Origin: Callorhinchus milii
Lineage: Eukaryota
Direction of reading: 5' to 3'
NCBI RefSeq assembly: GCF_018977255.1
Contig: NW_024704742.1
Coordinates: 69,070,001 to 69,134,000, forward strand
DNA length: 64,000 nucleotides
Shown here: in pieces, positions 38,049 through 50,800 of the stretch
Position numbering within the stretch: position 1 is the stretch's first letter
How the letters are laid out: each line of letters begins with the position of its first letter
The notes under the pieces: generated by a model
Databases searched by the model: none
The model's input: the letters and a program-made list of their open reading frames with translations, nothing else
What the model was told of the DNA's origin: nothing
Program-made: the position numbers and the translations under genes

Positions 38049-40626
38049 CTGTGACAGAAAATACAAACTAAGGTCCACAGCCATCCACATCATGAATATG
38101 ACACCTTTACAATGGCATGCCACACCTTGCTTACACATACACCTTACACAGTGTAAAGAAAGTTAAAATGAATAAAATGTTAACACTGTACTGAAAAACA
38201 CTGTGTCCTTGACCTTGTTTACAAGGAATGTGACTTCTGATAAGGAGAATTGGAAAACACACTTGGAAGAAAATATTTTAGTTAGCATCCATCACATGGA
38301 CTTTTGTTTTGGTCAGCCGGGTGTCTGACACATGAGTAATGATGTCTAACCATCACCATGCTTAAGAGCATCCAAACTAAACTGAAAATTCCATGCATCC
38401 CACCTACACATGGAAATCCCAGCTGTCTGGCAAGCTTTCCTGCTATTTGTCCAGCTAAGACCCTACCCATTAGGACTTTGGCTTGCAACAGCAACAACAA
38501 ATTATATTTGCATAGCACCTTTCACGTCAGGAGGACCTCCCAAGCTGGGGGTTGGGATCAGGAGGGGTGGATGACAGGGAGGGTAGGGGTAGGAGGGCGA
38601 GGGAGGGATCAAGGCGAAGGGGCTGTGAGATGGAGTTCCAAAGGGTGGGGGCAGAGAGGCTGAAAGCCCAACCGCCGATGGTGGGGTGGGCCGGGCAGGG
38701 GACCTAGCGCAGGGAGCTGGCGTAATAAAGCCTAGCAGTGATAAATGCATGGATGGGATTTTGGGGGTCTGAGGGGGGTGAGGCAGTAGCGGAGCCGGGT
38801 GATAATGTGGAGGTGGGGGAAGGCAGAGCAGGTCATGGCATGGATGTGGAGTAGAAAGGGTAGTTGACGGTCGAACAAGACGCAAACGCACAACTTACGC
38901 ACACCTTACACATGGCACACATAGGCTTACACACATTTTATGCACTCCGCACCAACACATTACCCATTCCCCTCCGAGCTTACACACATCACGCTTACAA
39001 GTTATACAAAAACTATAGTTATTACACGTACACACGGGTTACATGGATACTACCCATCCGGCGTGAAGAGCACTATATAAGTGCAAGTTGTTGTTGTTAT
39101 ACATGCGTACAATGATCATAACAACTTGCATATATGTGCATGGATATAGTACCCTTCACCCAGGGCAGCGTCTCTCACACAGGCACAAAAAATAACGATA
39201 CAACTGCACACACATCCACAAAGTTACACCCACACCTGTAAAGAGTTAGCAAACATATCACTCTGCCTTTCGGGGTGGGGGGGGGGAAGGGGTTCCCACA
39301 CAGCCTTGCAGAATGTGTTTCTTGTGATCACTGTGGCCCCCACCCTCTCTCCTCCCCTTCTCTCGCATTCCTTAATAAATCCTTTCATAAATCGACACGT
39401 TTCACTCCCCCTACTCACTGTTACTGCAGCCTGAATCTCTCACTCCCCCCCACAGGGCGCATAGGAGCAGGAAGAAACCATAGCCTACCCCACCAGTTTA
39501 TGAGAGCAGTGCAGAGTTCCTAACCCCATTTCCTTATTTATAAAGGATGTATTTAAAGAATGTACAGCACGGAACCGGTCTGTGCCGATATTTATACTCT
39601 TATCTCTTTGAAAAAATGCATTTTAGATGTCAGCCTGGCTCGGTTGGTAGCACTCTCTTCTCTGAGTCAGAAGGCTGTGGGTTCAAGCCCCACATTACTT
39701 CGTTGAACTCACAGTCTAAGATGACATTCCAATACAGTACCGCAGGGAGCTCTGTACTGTTAGATGTGCTGTCCTATGGATGAGACATTAAACCGAGATC
39801 CAGTCTGCCTGTTCAGGTAGACGTTAAAGGTCCCATGGCACTATTTGAGAAGAGAAGGGCGTTTCGCTCACCAGGTGTTCTATCCAACAGTCCCGCAGGT
39901 AAAATCCGTCATTCACTTCACGGCTGTGAGACATTCTGTGTGCAAATTGGCTACCATGTTTGCCTACAAATGCACAGTCATTGCACTTTACAGTAAGATC
40001 ATGTGAAGTGCTTTAACATGTTCCAAACGCTTTATTCAGGACTTAGAATAATAATACCTGCATTTGATATAGCGCCTTCGAGATGTCTCAAAATGCTTCA
40101 CACAATATACTATAAAGTGAATTGACTGTATATTTTGTGGGCGAAACGCGGCAGCCAACAGTGCCAGCAGCGTCCCCACGGCCGTGGACTGAGTGACCAA
40201 ATTATCATTATATTTTTGCGGCAAGAAACCAACATTTGCAACCTGCCAAGCAAACCTTTGAATTATTCTCCTTTTTAAAAAGAATCGCTAAATAAAGGGA
40301 CGAGAGTGGTTTCTGGGAGGAGGGGTGGAGAAGAGAGAAAGAGGAATAAAGTTCACAAGTAGAAACCCCGGGGATAATATTCCATGAAGCGCTTTGAGAC
40401 GCCTGGAAGACACGATAAGGTGCTATTTCAAATGCTAGGGTTGCTCTTATTATCTCGAACACAAGGAGCTGGGCTGAAGAGCAGATGCAAAACCCACAGG
40501 TTAAAGTGAAGCAATGATTTTAAAAGGAAGTTATGTGTGTGTGTGGGGGGGGGGGGGGGTGGAGGGGGGGTATTTGCACTGAGGCACCCACTGCATTGCA
40601 TGAAAAAAAAGAGCAAAACTGCTTAC

Positions 40627-40689
40627 TTGCACATACTTGTCCACAGCCATGTAGGCAGCTCTCTTTTTAGCCTCTGTCTCTGGCGCCAT
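40627..40689 (-). CDS. RPIA: Ribose-5-phosphate isomerase A, exon 1 (MAPETEAKKRAAYMAVDKYVQ); may start at the in-frame ATG at 40779
   Basis: Matches human EEAKKLAGRAAVENHV. Donor CAA|gtaagc. Confidence 0.93.
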
Positions 40690-40922
40690 AGCAGAGCCTT
40701 GGCTCAGCCTTCTCTGAACCAGGAGGAGCAGGGAGTGTCTGACACAAACCACACTGACACCAGGAAGCCCCAGACACATTGCTGAGCCACCCCCCACTCT
40801 CTCCCTGAACAACCACAGGCCCAGCCCCTGTACAGCAGCAGCAGCAGCACCTCCCCCACCCACTGCCTCTCTCCCTCTCTCCAGCTGGAGCCAACGCTCT
40901 CACTCACTCACTCACTCACCCA

Positions 40923-40989
40923 CTGGGTAATGTAGTCTCTGGCTCCAGCCATCCCCACACAGTGCCTACAAGTCCCAGCCTGCATTGCA
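40923..40989. promoter_or_regulatory. RPIA promoter with two oppositely oriented ZNF143/THAP11 (SBS)-like motifs
   Basis: GACTACATTACCCAG (minus, 40923-40937) and CCTACAAGTCCCAGCCTGCATTGCA (plus, 40965-40989), compared with the consensus ACTACAnnTCCCAnnATGCA. Confidence 0.7.
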
Positions 40990-41376
40990 CTCAATGCCTC
41001 TCCCCTCCCCAGCCTCTGCACTTAAAGCTATCTGGTTATCTAATTGTGAGGGATGGTCATCCTCAAACCCCTTTGTGCCCTGGCACCTCCCTACCTCTTT
41101 TACCTGCGTAACCCCCTAACCTGCTGCCTCCGCTCAACTGGCTCCAGCCTCCTGTCTGTCCCCCGTGCCCTCCGTTCCACCATTGGTGGCTGCGTTTCGA
41201 GCCGTTGCGCCCCAAAACTCTGGCACCCTCTTTCCTCTATCTTGCCCCCTCCTTCCCCATCTTTAGATCACACCTGAAGACCTTCTGATTCGATCATGCC
41301 TACGGTCACCTCCCCCCCCCCAGTTCCACATTGTGCTCCTGCACAGCGCTCAAGTGCTCTGGGATACTACGCTGCA

Positions 41377-41857
41377 TGGAGTCCTGTGGCTCAGTGGTTA
41401 AAGCACTCACTTTGCAAGCGAGAGACCTGGGTTCAATTCCAGGCAGAGGGCGAAACCTTGGGCAAGTTTCCTTACTCCACACAGAGCCTAATAATAATCC
41501 CTCCAAAACCAAAACAATAATAAATTGGTCATTTCAATCCACGACTGTTTGTGGGACATTGCTGTGCGCAATTGGCTGCCGTGTTTCGCCCACAAATATA
41601 CAGTCAATTCACTTTACAGTGTGTTCTGTGAAGCGCTTTGGGACATCCTCCCGACGTGAAAAGCGCTATATCAAATGCAAGGATTATTATTATTATTATT
41701 ATGACTGTGGGACGCTGCTGTGCGCAATTGGCTGCCGTGTTTCGCCCACAAATATACGGTCAATTCACTTTACAGTCTATTCTGTGAAGCGCTTTGAGAC
41801 GTCTAGAAGACATGAAAAGGGCTATATCAAATGCAAGGATTATTATTATATTATTAT
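41377..41857 (+). mobile_element. Young SINE followed directly by a second, 5'-truncated SINE 3' half
   Basis: Full copy 41377-41701, then 41702-41857 repeats the 3' body with a different tail variant. Confidence 0.88.
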
Positions 41858-43034
41858 GAGAGGTGCTATATATATGCAACTTGTTTTTTATAAGAAATCT
41901 ATTTTGTTTAAAAAAAACGCGTGTTTCTAACTTGGCACAATTTTTGTCTTGAACTGTGTTCAAAAATAGTTTGTTTTCCTTGCTCTCTCTTAAATTTTTA
42001 TGAGTCATTATTTGTCCGAACCCTCATTATCAGTCAGACTGTGAGTTCCAACTACACATGGAAATTTCCCTGCCACCGCAGAAGAATGTGCATTCTCACT
42101 GCCTGTAAGGATACACCCTGTTTACCTAATCCCAGAGTGTGAATTGGGGTAACTGCTGGAGAGTAAACAACTAAAACTGCATAATTTGCTATTGAAAGCA
42201 CTGCCTTGCAAGATTCCTACTGCTTTCCAGCTAGGACCACCCTAACCATTTTGGCCCCAATGACTTCTGCCCTTCCAAATTCTGCCAATGAGACAGACTG
42301 GCTGGTTTGCTGTTAACACTCCCTTGCTATACTTGGTCAACATAAAAAGCTCCAACAACATCACATGTCACTTGTTTGCAATTGGATTAAAGTTATTAAA
42401 GGGCAAGCAGCTGACTGACCTGGCAAAAGGATCTTATTTGTCCTTAAAGGAGCACTGGTGAGCATTTCTTAAAGTGGAGATATTATCTTCAGGGAACTTG
42501 CAGGGCAAACATCAGATAGAAGCAATATTTGTCTTAAAAAAAAGTTACAGCGTTTCACAGAAACTTTGTGAAGCTCTTGGAGACTTCCTCAAAATTTAAG
42601 TGCTAATATCAATTGTTATTAAATTTAATGTATTGTTTTTTTCAGGTGATGGGAAAGTACAGGAGGGGCTGAGAGCAATTTGAATGAAACTTTAATTGAA
42701 CACTTTGATTCAAATTGAAGTTAGAGCACTCGCCTCGCAAGTGAGAGAACTGTGTTTGATTCCCAGCAGGGTAAAATATTGGGCAAGTTCCTTTACTCCA
42801 CATGCCTCTGTTTACCCAGCAGTAAGTAGGAACCCGGTTGTTATCGATTGACGGATCACTTTTCTGGAGGCAATAATTCCATTTTTTTTAAAATTGGTCA
42901 CTTCAATCCGGGACTGTTTGTGGGACAGTTGGCTGCCATGTTTTGCCCATAAAATATATAAGACAATTCACTTTACAGTATATTCTGCGAAATGCTTTGA
43001 GACGTCTTGAAAACATGATAAGGCGCTATATGCA

Positions 43035-45030
43035 GGCTTGTGGGATGGAGTTCCAAGGAATGGGGCAGAGAGGTTGAAAGCCTGGTCGCCGATGGTAGGG
43101 CGGGTCGGGCGAGAGACATGGAGCAGGCTGGAGCCTGTTGAACGGAGGGAGTGGACAGGTTGATAGGGGGCTAGCAGGTCAGAAATGTAGGAGAGGGCAA
43201 AGCCGTGGAGGGCCTTGAAAGTGAGGACAAGGATTTTGAACTCTATCTTCTGAAGGATGGGGAGCCAGTGGAGCCAGGTAAGGGTGGGGGTGATGGGATC
43301 ACGGAGCCTGGTGCGGGAATGGACCTGAACTGCTGAGTTCTGGATGATCTGCAGCTAGTGGACGGAAGAGTTGGGAAGCCAACAAGCAGTGCATAGTCAA
43401 GCTTGGTTGTAATGAAGGCATGTATGAGGGGTTCGGTAGCCTGAGGGTTGAGGGCAATGTTGCGGAGGTGGGGGAAGATAGAGTGGGTCATGACATGGAT
43501 ATAGGGGAGAAAGGACAGTTGAGGGTCGAACAAGATGCCCAGGTTCCTGACCGGCTTGGTGAGGTGGAGTGTGCATCTATGGATGCTGACGCTGTCGATG
43601 GAGGTGTGGAGGTGCTGGCGCGAGCCAATCAGGAGAGTCTCGGTCTTGCTGACACTTAACTGTAGAAAGTTGGCTCTCATCCAGGACTTGATGTCAGACA
43701 GACTGTCTGTCAGGACGTCAATTGTCCTGGAATCGAATGTGGAGGCAGAGGGATGGAGTTGGGTGTCATCCGCGTACATGTGCAAATTGACCTCATGTCT
43801 GCGGATGATGTCAGCAAGTGGGAGCATGTAGAGGTTGAAGAGGAGGGGACCGAGGACAGAGCCCCGAGGAGCATCACACAAGACTGTGCAGGGGCTGGAA
43901 GAGAAACTGTTGGCCAAGACAAATTGGAGGCATTGTGAGAGATAAGACCCGAACCATTCAAGGACAGAACCTTGAAGGTTGAGGAGGATGGAGGGTCCAC
44001 AGTATTTGAAGGCAGCAGGGACGTCAAGGAGGATGAGGAGGCAGAGGGAGCCTTGGTCACAGATGGACAAATTGTCATTTGTCACTTTGACCAGAGCAGT
44101 TTCTGTGTAATGAGCAGCACAGAAACCCGATTGGAGGAGCTTGTGAAGGGGGTGGAATGAGCGAAGCTGGGAAGCAAAGACTCTTTCAAGGATCTTGGAA
44201 AGAAAAGGGACGATGGAGTGGTACATTTTGGTGTGGTCCAGCCAGATCTGCTGGTGGACGGTTAGGTCAGATTTGAGCCAGGTGTGTTCGGTGGCCCACA
44301 CCTGACCCTTGAGGGAGCAGAGTTGGCTGGTGTACCAGGGTCAGGTTCATGAATAGGAGGTGGTTCGGGAGGTGAGGGGTGCGAGGGCATCAAGAGTGGT
44401 GGAGAGGGAGTTGTGGAGGAGAGTGAGCAAGGAGGATAAATCAGCGCAGGAGGTAGGTCAGAGGGGGAGGAGTTCAGATGACTCCAGGGCAGCAGAGAGG
44501 GATTGCGGGGAGATTTTTTTCCAGTGGTGATAGGAGATGAAAGTGGGTTGGGTGGTGGTGGGGAGAGAGATTGAGGAGTTAAAGGAGATTAAAATGGTGA
44601 TTAGAGATGGCTTTATCTGTGATTGTGATATCCGAGATACTGAGGCCCCAGGTAATCACTAGATTGAGTGGTTGGCAATGAACATGGGTGGCAGAGTGGA
44701 CATGGAGGGAGAGGTTGTGAGAGGAGAGGAGAGAGAAGAAGTCCGAGGAGATAGAGCAGGCGGGGGTGAAGTGAAGGTTGAAGTCGCTGAGGATGAAGAG
44801 ACCTTCAGAACAGAGGCAGAGGGAAGCTAGGAGGGTGGAGACATCAGAGATGAAGGTGGCGGAGGTGGGGGTAGAGACGCTATCCTGCGCGGAGGTCGCT
44901 ATATAAGTGCAAGTTGTTGTTGTTTTGGGGGAGTGGTAAATGAGGAGAATTTTGTGGGAATGTTTGGAAGGATGGTAGAGTGTAAGTTGCTCGAAAGAGA
45001 GGAATGAGCCAGAGAAGTAAAGAGATGGAG
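43035..45030 (-). mobile_element. Decayed L2 LINE ORF2 fragment, about 2 kb
   Basis: The 352-aa ORF 43243-44301 has TETALVKVTND, RGSVLGPLLFNLYM, YADDTQL and VRNLGILFD, with internal deletions. Confidence 0.92.
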
Positions 45031-45766
45031 CAAATACAAGGAATATAAAGGATTATTATTACTATTGTTATTTATTTCATTATTTTGAAGGGATTATTAC
45101 CCCCAGAAATGTGATCCATCAATCAACTAACAACCGGATTCCTACTTACTGCTGTGTAAACAGAGGAGTGTGAAGTAAGGAAACTTGCCTAATGTTTTGC
45201 CCTGCCCGGGAATCAAGCCCAGGTCCTCTCGCTTGTGAGGCGAGTGCTCTAACCACTATGGGATTCCACACAGTACGGTAGCGCTCAATTAGGAAATAAA
45301 TTGTGTCTGTGTGGCCACGGTGGGCTTGGCGAGGAGGTGCTTTTCGAGTTGGTGGCTGTTTTGCATTTTAGAGATGGTAACCCTACTGTTGGATCAAGCC
45401 CCACATTAGGAATCACATTGACGTGACACTCCAATGTACTGCAAAGGGGTGTGTTGCGTTGCCACAGGTTTTGTCCTTCGGATGAGACGTTAAACTAAGG
45501 CCCCGCCTGCCTGTTCAGGTGGACGTTAAAGAGCCCATGGCACTATTCAACAAGAATGGGAGTTTCTCCCGGTGTCTTGGCCAACAAATCCCCAAAAATA
45601 AAATTGGTCATTCAATCCATGGCTGTTTATGAAACATTGCTGTGTGCAATACTGGCTGCCGCATGCAGCACCAATTTCTCAATGCACTGAAATGCTATGT
45701 TGACGTACTTTAATAAAGTACTTTAATAAAGTAAATCTGGTCCCAGGTGGAAGTTCTCTCACACAT

Positions 45767-45785
45767 GAGCACCAGAGGGCGCTAT
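45767..45785 (+). promoter_or_regulatory. CTCF-like motif between the RPIA and EIF2AK3 promoters
   Basis: GAGCACCAGAGGGCGCTAT closely matches the CTCF core consensus CCASYAGRKGGCRS. Confidence 0.6.
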
Positions 45786-47519
45786 TTACCAGGTTGGCCA
45801 AGGAAAGGCAATCAGAATATAGAAAAATAATCTTTTAGAAATTCGAGCCTTTGGTCACCCTCTGTCCACCCCTACCCCATCTCTCAGCTAACTGAAGCAC
45901 CTACGCTTGTGTCCGTGAAGCCCTTTGAGATGCTTCCCCCGCATGAAAGGAAAACAAAAAAAGATGGTCACTCACTCCATGGCTGTTGGACATCACTGTG
46001 CGCACCTGGCTGCTGCATTTGCCCACAGTCAATCCACTTTACAGTATATTCTATGAAGCACTTTGCAATGTCTCAGTGACATGATTATACGCTATAACGG
46101 GCAGTGACTGAGGCTAGGAGGCCAGAAACGAGTCGGTAGCTGGTCAGACTGTCGTTTCACCGGCCGGCACGGAGCATCGAGCCCACGGGCACTGAGCAGA
46201 ACATGGCTGTATTAACGCCAAGGAGCCAGTTGGTGCCGGGGCCATCCGTTCCCCTCCCCCCAAACGCAGAGTAACGGAGCTCAGTGATCTTTCCCCCCAG
46301 GCCTGGGAGTTGCTTGATAGTTACTGAGTGTAGGACACCCTCCTCCCCCACACACACGACTGTGGGACACAACTTGTCTTGCATTGCATGTCTTATCACA
46401 TCATTGAGATATCTCATAGCGCTTCACAGGATATATTGTAAAGTGGATTGACTGTATTTTGTAGGCGAAACGCGGCAGCCAATTGTGCACAGCAGTGTCC
46501 CACAAACATGGACTATTCTTATTAAATTGTTGTTGAGGTACATTAAAAATGAAGTGAATATTATCACTTTTCACTGGAGCATTGAGAGTTGAGAGGATAC
46601 CTCAAGTTAGTTTAAAATAGTGAGAGGTTTTAATAAGGTAAACGGGGAACATTAATCCGTGGATCGAGTGACCAACTTATTATTATTATTTTACTTATTT
46701 AGGTAAACAGCGGTGTGTGGAGTAAAGAAACTTGCCTAAGGGTTCGACCCAGCTGGGAATTATTCTCTTTTAATAACCACTAAAACTGTAGCTATGAAAA
46801 GGGAAATGGACAAATAGCTGCAAAATAATAATATAAAAGGCAGAGGAGCTGGGATGAACGGGATAGAGAGCTGGCGCACAAAATGGGCTGAATGGCCTCC
46901 TTCTGTGCTGTAAATTACTCTGGCTTAGTGACAGCCAATTTATTCAGTCAATATATGAACCACGGGAGGTGTTTAACACCAGTGCTGGGCAAATCGATTT
47001 ATTGATCACAGATCTGTTATTTCCTTTGTAAATTCTTCCTGGCTGAAAACCTTCATTCCTGTGGATTGCATCTTCCTGTCCTCGGGGGTGGGGGGCTTTG
47101 GTGAGGTAGGGGGGCAGGACGATTACGTAGCTTTTGTTGGCACTGTCAAGGCGGCAGGGTGGGGAGAATGAGGAGAGCTGGGAAGGTGGGGGGGAGGAAT
47201 AAATTGCTGATGTGCCTAAACAGAGGATGAGGTAATGCACTAACCGAGTGCCCTGGGAGCTTAAATATTGATGGGATCTACGAGCTGTGCTACTGCATTA
47301 AACTTTAAACACTTGGTGAATATAAAGAGTTTTGCAGGGCGGCTGTTGTCCTCAGCCCGTGTGCCTAAATAGGTCAGGAGGACTTAAGCAAGCAGTGTTC
47401 TGAACACTGAACCTCTGAAGAGCAGCTTTGTAGCTCAGACAGAAAGACTGGATATCAAAGCCCCACATCCATCACACCTCTGTCTTTCTCAGCCGGGAAG
47501 CGATCTTTGTCTGTATAAT

Positions 47520-47897
47520 GTGGAGTCCTGTAGTGTAGCGGTTAGAACACTTGCCTCGCAAGCGAGAAGACCTGGGCTCAATTCCCAGGCAGGGTGAAAC
47601 CTTAAACAAGTTTCCTTACTCCACATGCCTCTGTTTACCTAGCAGTAAGTAGGATCCCTGTTGTTAGTCGATTGGTGGATTGCTTTCCGGAGTAATAATC
47701 CCTATAAAACAAATAAATAAAAATAATAATTTGGTCACTCAGTAATGACTGTTTGTAAGATACTGCTATGAGCAATCGTCTGCGTGTTTCACCCACAAAA
47801 TGCACAGTCAATTAACTTTATAGTATACTCTGTGAAGCGCTTTGAGACATCTCGAACATGTGATAAGGTGCTATATCAAATGTAAGGATTATTATTA
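47520..47897 (+). mobile_element. Older long-subfamily tRNA SINE; representative of copies at about 2800-3143, 27708-28076, 32641-32985, 37526-37887, 42720-43030, 48945-49260, 49433-49772 and 59857-60090
   Basis: Same head and tail architecture plus a central block CTCTGTTTACCTAGCAGTAAGTAGG...GTTAGTCGATTGG. More diverged than the young copies. Confidence 0.85.
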
Positions 47898-50800
47898 ATA
47901 TCAGTGCCAAATTTGTGACAGTTTATCAGCCTAGAAGAGTCTTTGTCTCCAGGTCGAACTCCAAATACCGGCTGCATATTTAAAACAGATTCGGTATTAA
48001 GGTGTTAAGGATGTCCCAAGGCATTGAATCCTTACTCCCAGGTTAACTCATTCTTCACCGGACCCCATTGACCTACCCGAACAGGTATGCAGGACTGTAA
48101 GATTATGGTTAAAATCATTGTTTGATACACAGGGTGTATGTAAGGACTGGAAGCAATATCTTGATTAGTAATGGATGAACCAGTTCAAAGCCCAGCAGTT
48201 GTGTCTAGATACTCTGGCTAGCAAAAGTTTCTCTCTCTCTTGCCCTTGACGGGAGAGAGAGATAAACTCTTATTAGCCAGAGTACCTGAATTACAGTGTC
48301 AACCAGCTACAATGGCTGCATGGTGTACTGGTTCAACATTAAAAATACTGGAGAGGGAGGAGCATACAGATAGCAATCTATAGTAAGACATTGAATAAGA
48401 TTAGCGATGATACGTTATTGATGATGCTTTGAACACCTTATTGCTGATAGAAGGCTCAGAAATGATGAGCAAAAGCGATAAAGCTGAGAAATAAAAAAAG
48501 AGGTCAAGTTCAGGCAATTATCAGAATAAATGGGATTCCCTGGAGCTCAGTGTGAGGGACGAATGCTGAGTTTACGGAGTCTGTGACTAGAAACATAAAT
48601 CAGTGTCATCCACAGTGCAAGAGCAGCATTCTGTAATACTCTAATTCAGGGTTTGATGTCCTGCAGCAATGTTTTGAATTCAAGATCCTCTCACTCATCT
48701 ACAAATCCCTTCATGCCCTGACACCTCCCTACCTTTCTGACCTGCATTGTCCCCACTCCACCACATGCCGCCTTCGCCATCAACGACCATGCTTTCAGCT
48801 ACTACCCCCCGAAGCTTTCAAACTTTCTCCTTCAACCCCTTGGCCTTGCCCCCTCTCTGTTAGATCACAACTGAAGACCTTCCTCTTCCACCTCCTCCCT
48901 CCCCCCGGCTCGGGGTCAGGCTCCGCCACTGTTAAGCGCTCTGAGTTAGAGCACTCGCCTCGCAAGTGAGAGACCTGGGTTTGATTCCCAGCACGGTGAA
49001 ATGTTGGGCAAGTTTCCTTACTCCACATCCCTCTGTTTATCTAGCACTAAGTAGGATCCATGGTTGTTAGTCGATTGGCTGATCACTTTTCTGGGGTTAA
49101 TAATTACTTTTTTAAAAAAATTGGTCACTCAATCCACAACTGTTTGTGGGACACTGCTGTATGCAGTTAGCTGCTGCGTTTCACCCACAAAATATACAGT
49201 CAATTCACTTTGCAATATATTCTGTGAAATGCTTTGAGATGTCTCGAAAATGTGAGGCGCTGTATGCAGGATTGTGCGATCAAGTTTCAAAAAGTGGGGG
49301 CAGAGAGGCTGAAAACCCGGCCACCGATGGTAGGGTGGGTTAGGAGGGAGACCTGTAGCAGGCCAGAGCAGGTTGTTGTTATTTCTCAACCTCCTTTGCT
49401 GGTCCAGGATAACGTCAGGGCTGATCAGTGATGATAATAATATTAATCCTTGCGTTTGGCATAGTGCTGTATTACGTTGTCGAGACTGTCTAAAAGCGCT
49501 TCACACTATATACAGTATTATAAAGTGTATTTTGTGAGCAAAATGCGGCAGCCAATTGCCCACAGCAGTGTCCCACAAACAGTTGTGAATTGAGTTTTTT
49601 GGAGGGATTATTATCCGGAAAGTGATCCGCAAATAACTGGGTTCCTACTTGCTGTTAGGTAAACAGAGGCATGTGGAATAAGGAAACTTGGCTAACGTTT
49701 CGCCCTGCCTAGGAATTGAATCCAGATTTTCTCACTTTCGAGGTGAGTGCTCTACCCACTCTGCTACGGGTCCCTGCCTCAGGGCTGCTCAGCACTAACC
49801 ATGCAGCCAGTCAATAATAATATTAATATTCTTATGGCTGGTCAGTGAGGTCCAGACACAGACAGGACCTCAATTAACATCTCATCAGAAAGACGTCATC
49901 TCTGACAATAAAGCCTCCTTCTGCATTGGAGTGCCAACCGAGACAGTAAACTCAACATCCTAATTTGGGCCAAAACCTTCTGACTCAGAGGCAAGAGCGC
50001 TATCAACTGAGCCAATTTGACATCCAGATGCTGATTCATGACAGGGAAGTGTTGTATAAAATAGTGCTGATACTTGCAGCCTTGATTACCTGTTAACGAC
50101 ACAAGAACCCAATAATCTCAGGTTAATCTCTGCTACACACCGTCTGTCAAATCCTGGCTAATCTTCATTGGGGGCAAGATTTAGATCAGGAGAGATTTGC
50201 TGAAAGGATGACTCAGGATACAGAGGAAATTATTTATAGACAGTTATTGCTTGTGATATGATCCGTAACGCTGAAACGTCCCCAAGAATTTGGCGTAGGA
50301 GCAGGAGTAGGCCATTCTGCCCCTCGAGCCTGTTTTTTTACAGTAATTTGACAGTAATTGCTGTCAAATGCAGTGACTGTGTGTTTTGTAGGGTTTAGTG
50401 GCAGACAATTTGAAACGCTTTGCCAAGTACAGTGGTCCATTGTGGGTTTTAAGAGGGAATTAAACAGGTATGTGAAGGATAGAGGCTTGAAGGGGTATGG
50501 GGATAAGGCGAGGGATGGTGGTATTGAATGGACTACCATGAAGTGAATGATGTATCTGGAGGATTGTTGGCCAGGCACCAGGAGAAATTTCCAGAGTGGA
50601 GGTGATAGAAACAGCAACAAGTTGCATTTAAATAGCACCCTTCACCCAGGTCAGCATCTTGGAGTACTACACAATGGGACGAAAGGAAGGAAGAGGGGGA
50701 GGTGACCATAGGCGCAGTTGAAGAGGTAGATCTTAAAGTGAGATTATAAAGATAGGGTCAAGGTGGAGGGATTAAGGCAGAGGTGACTAGTGTAATATTG

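Noticed and set aside
43243..44301. 352-aa RT ORF as an active or domesticated reverse transcriptase
   Set aside because: It has internal deletions and degenerate motifs, with stops and frameshifts on both sides. It is an ordinary decayed L2.
48461..48488. ATGATGA...CTGA as a C/D box snoRNA
   Set aside because: The boxes are only about 15 nt apart, there is no terminal stem, and the site is intergenic.
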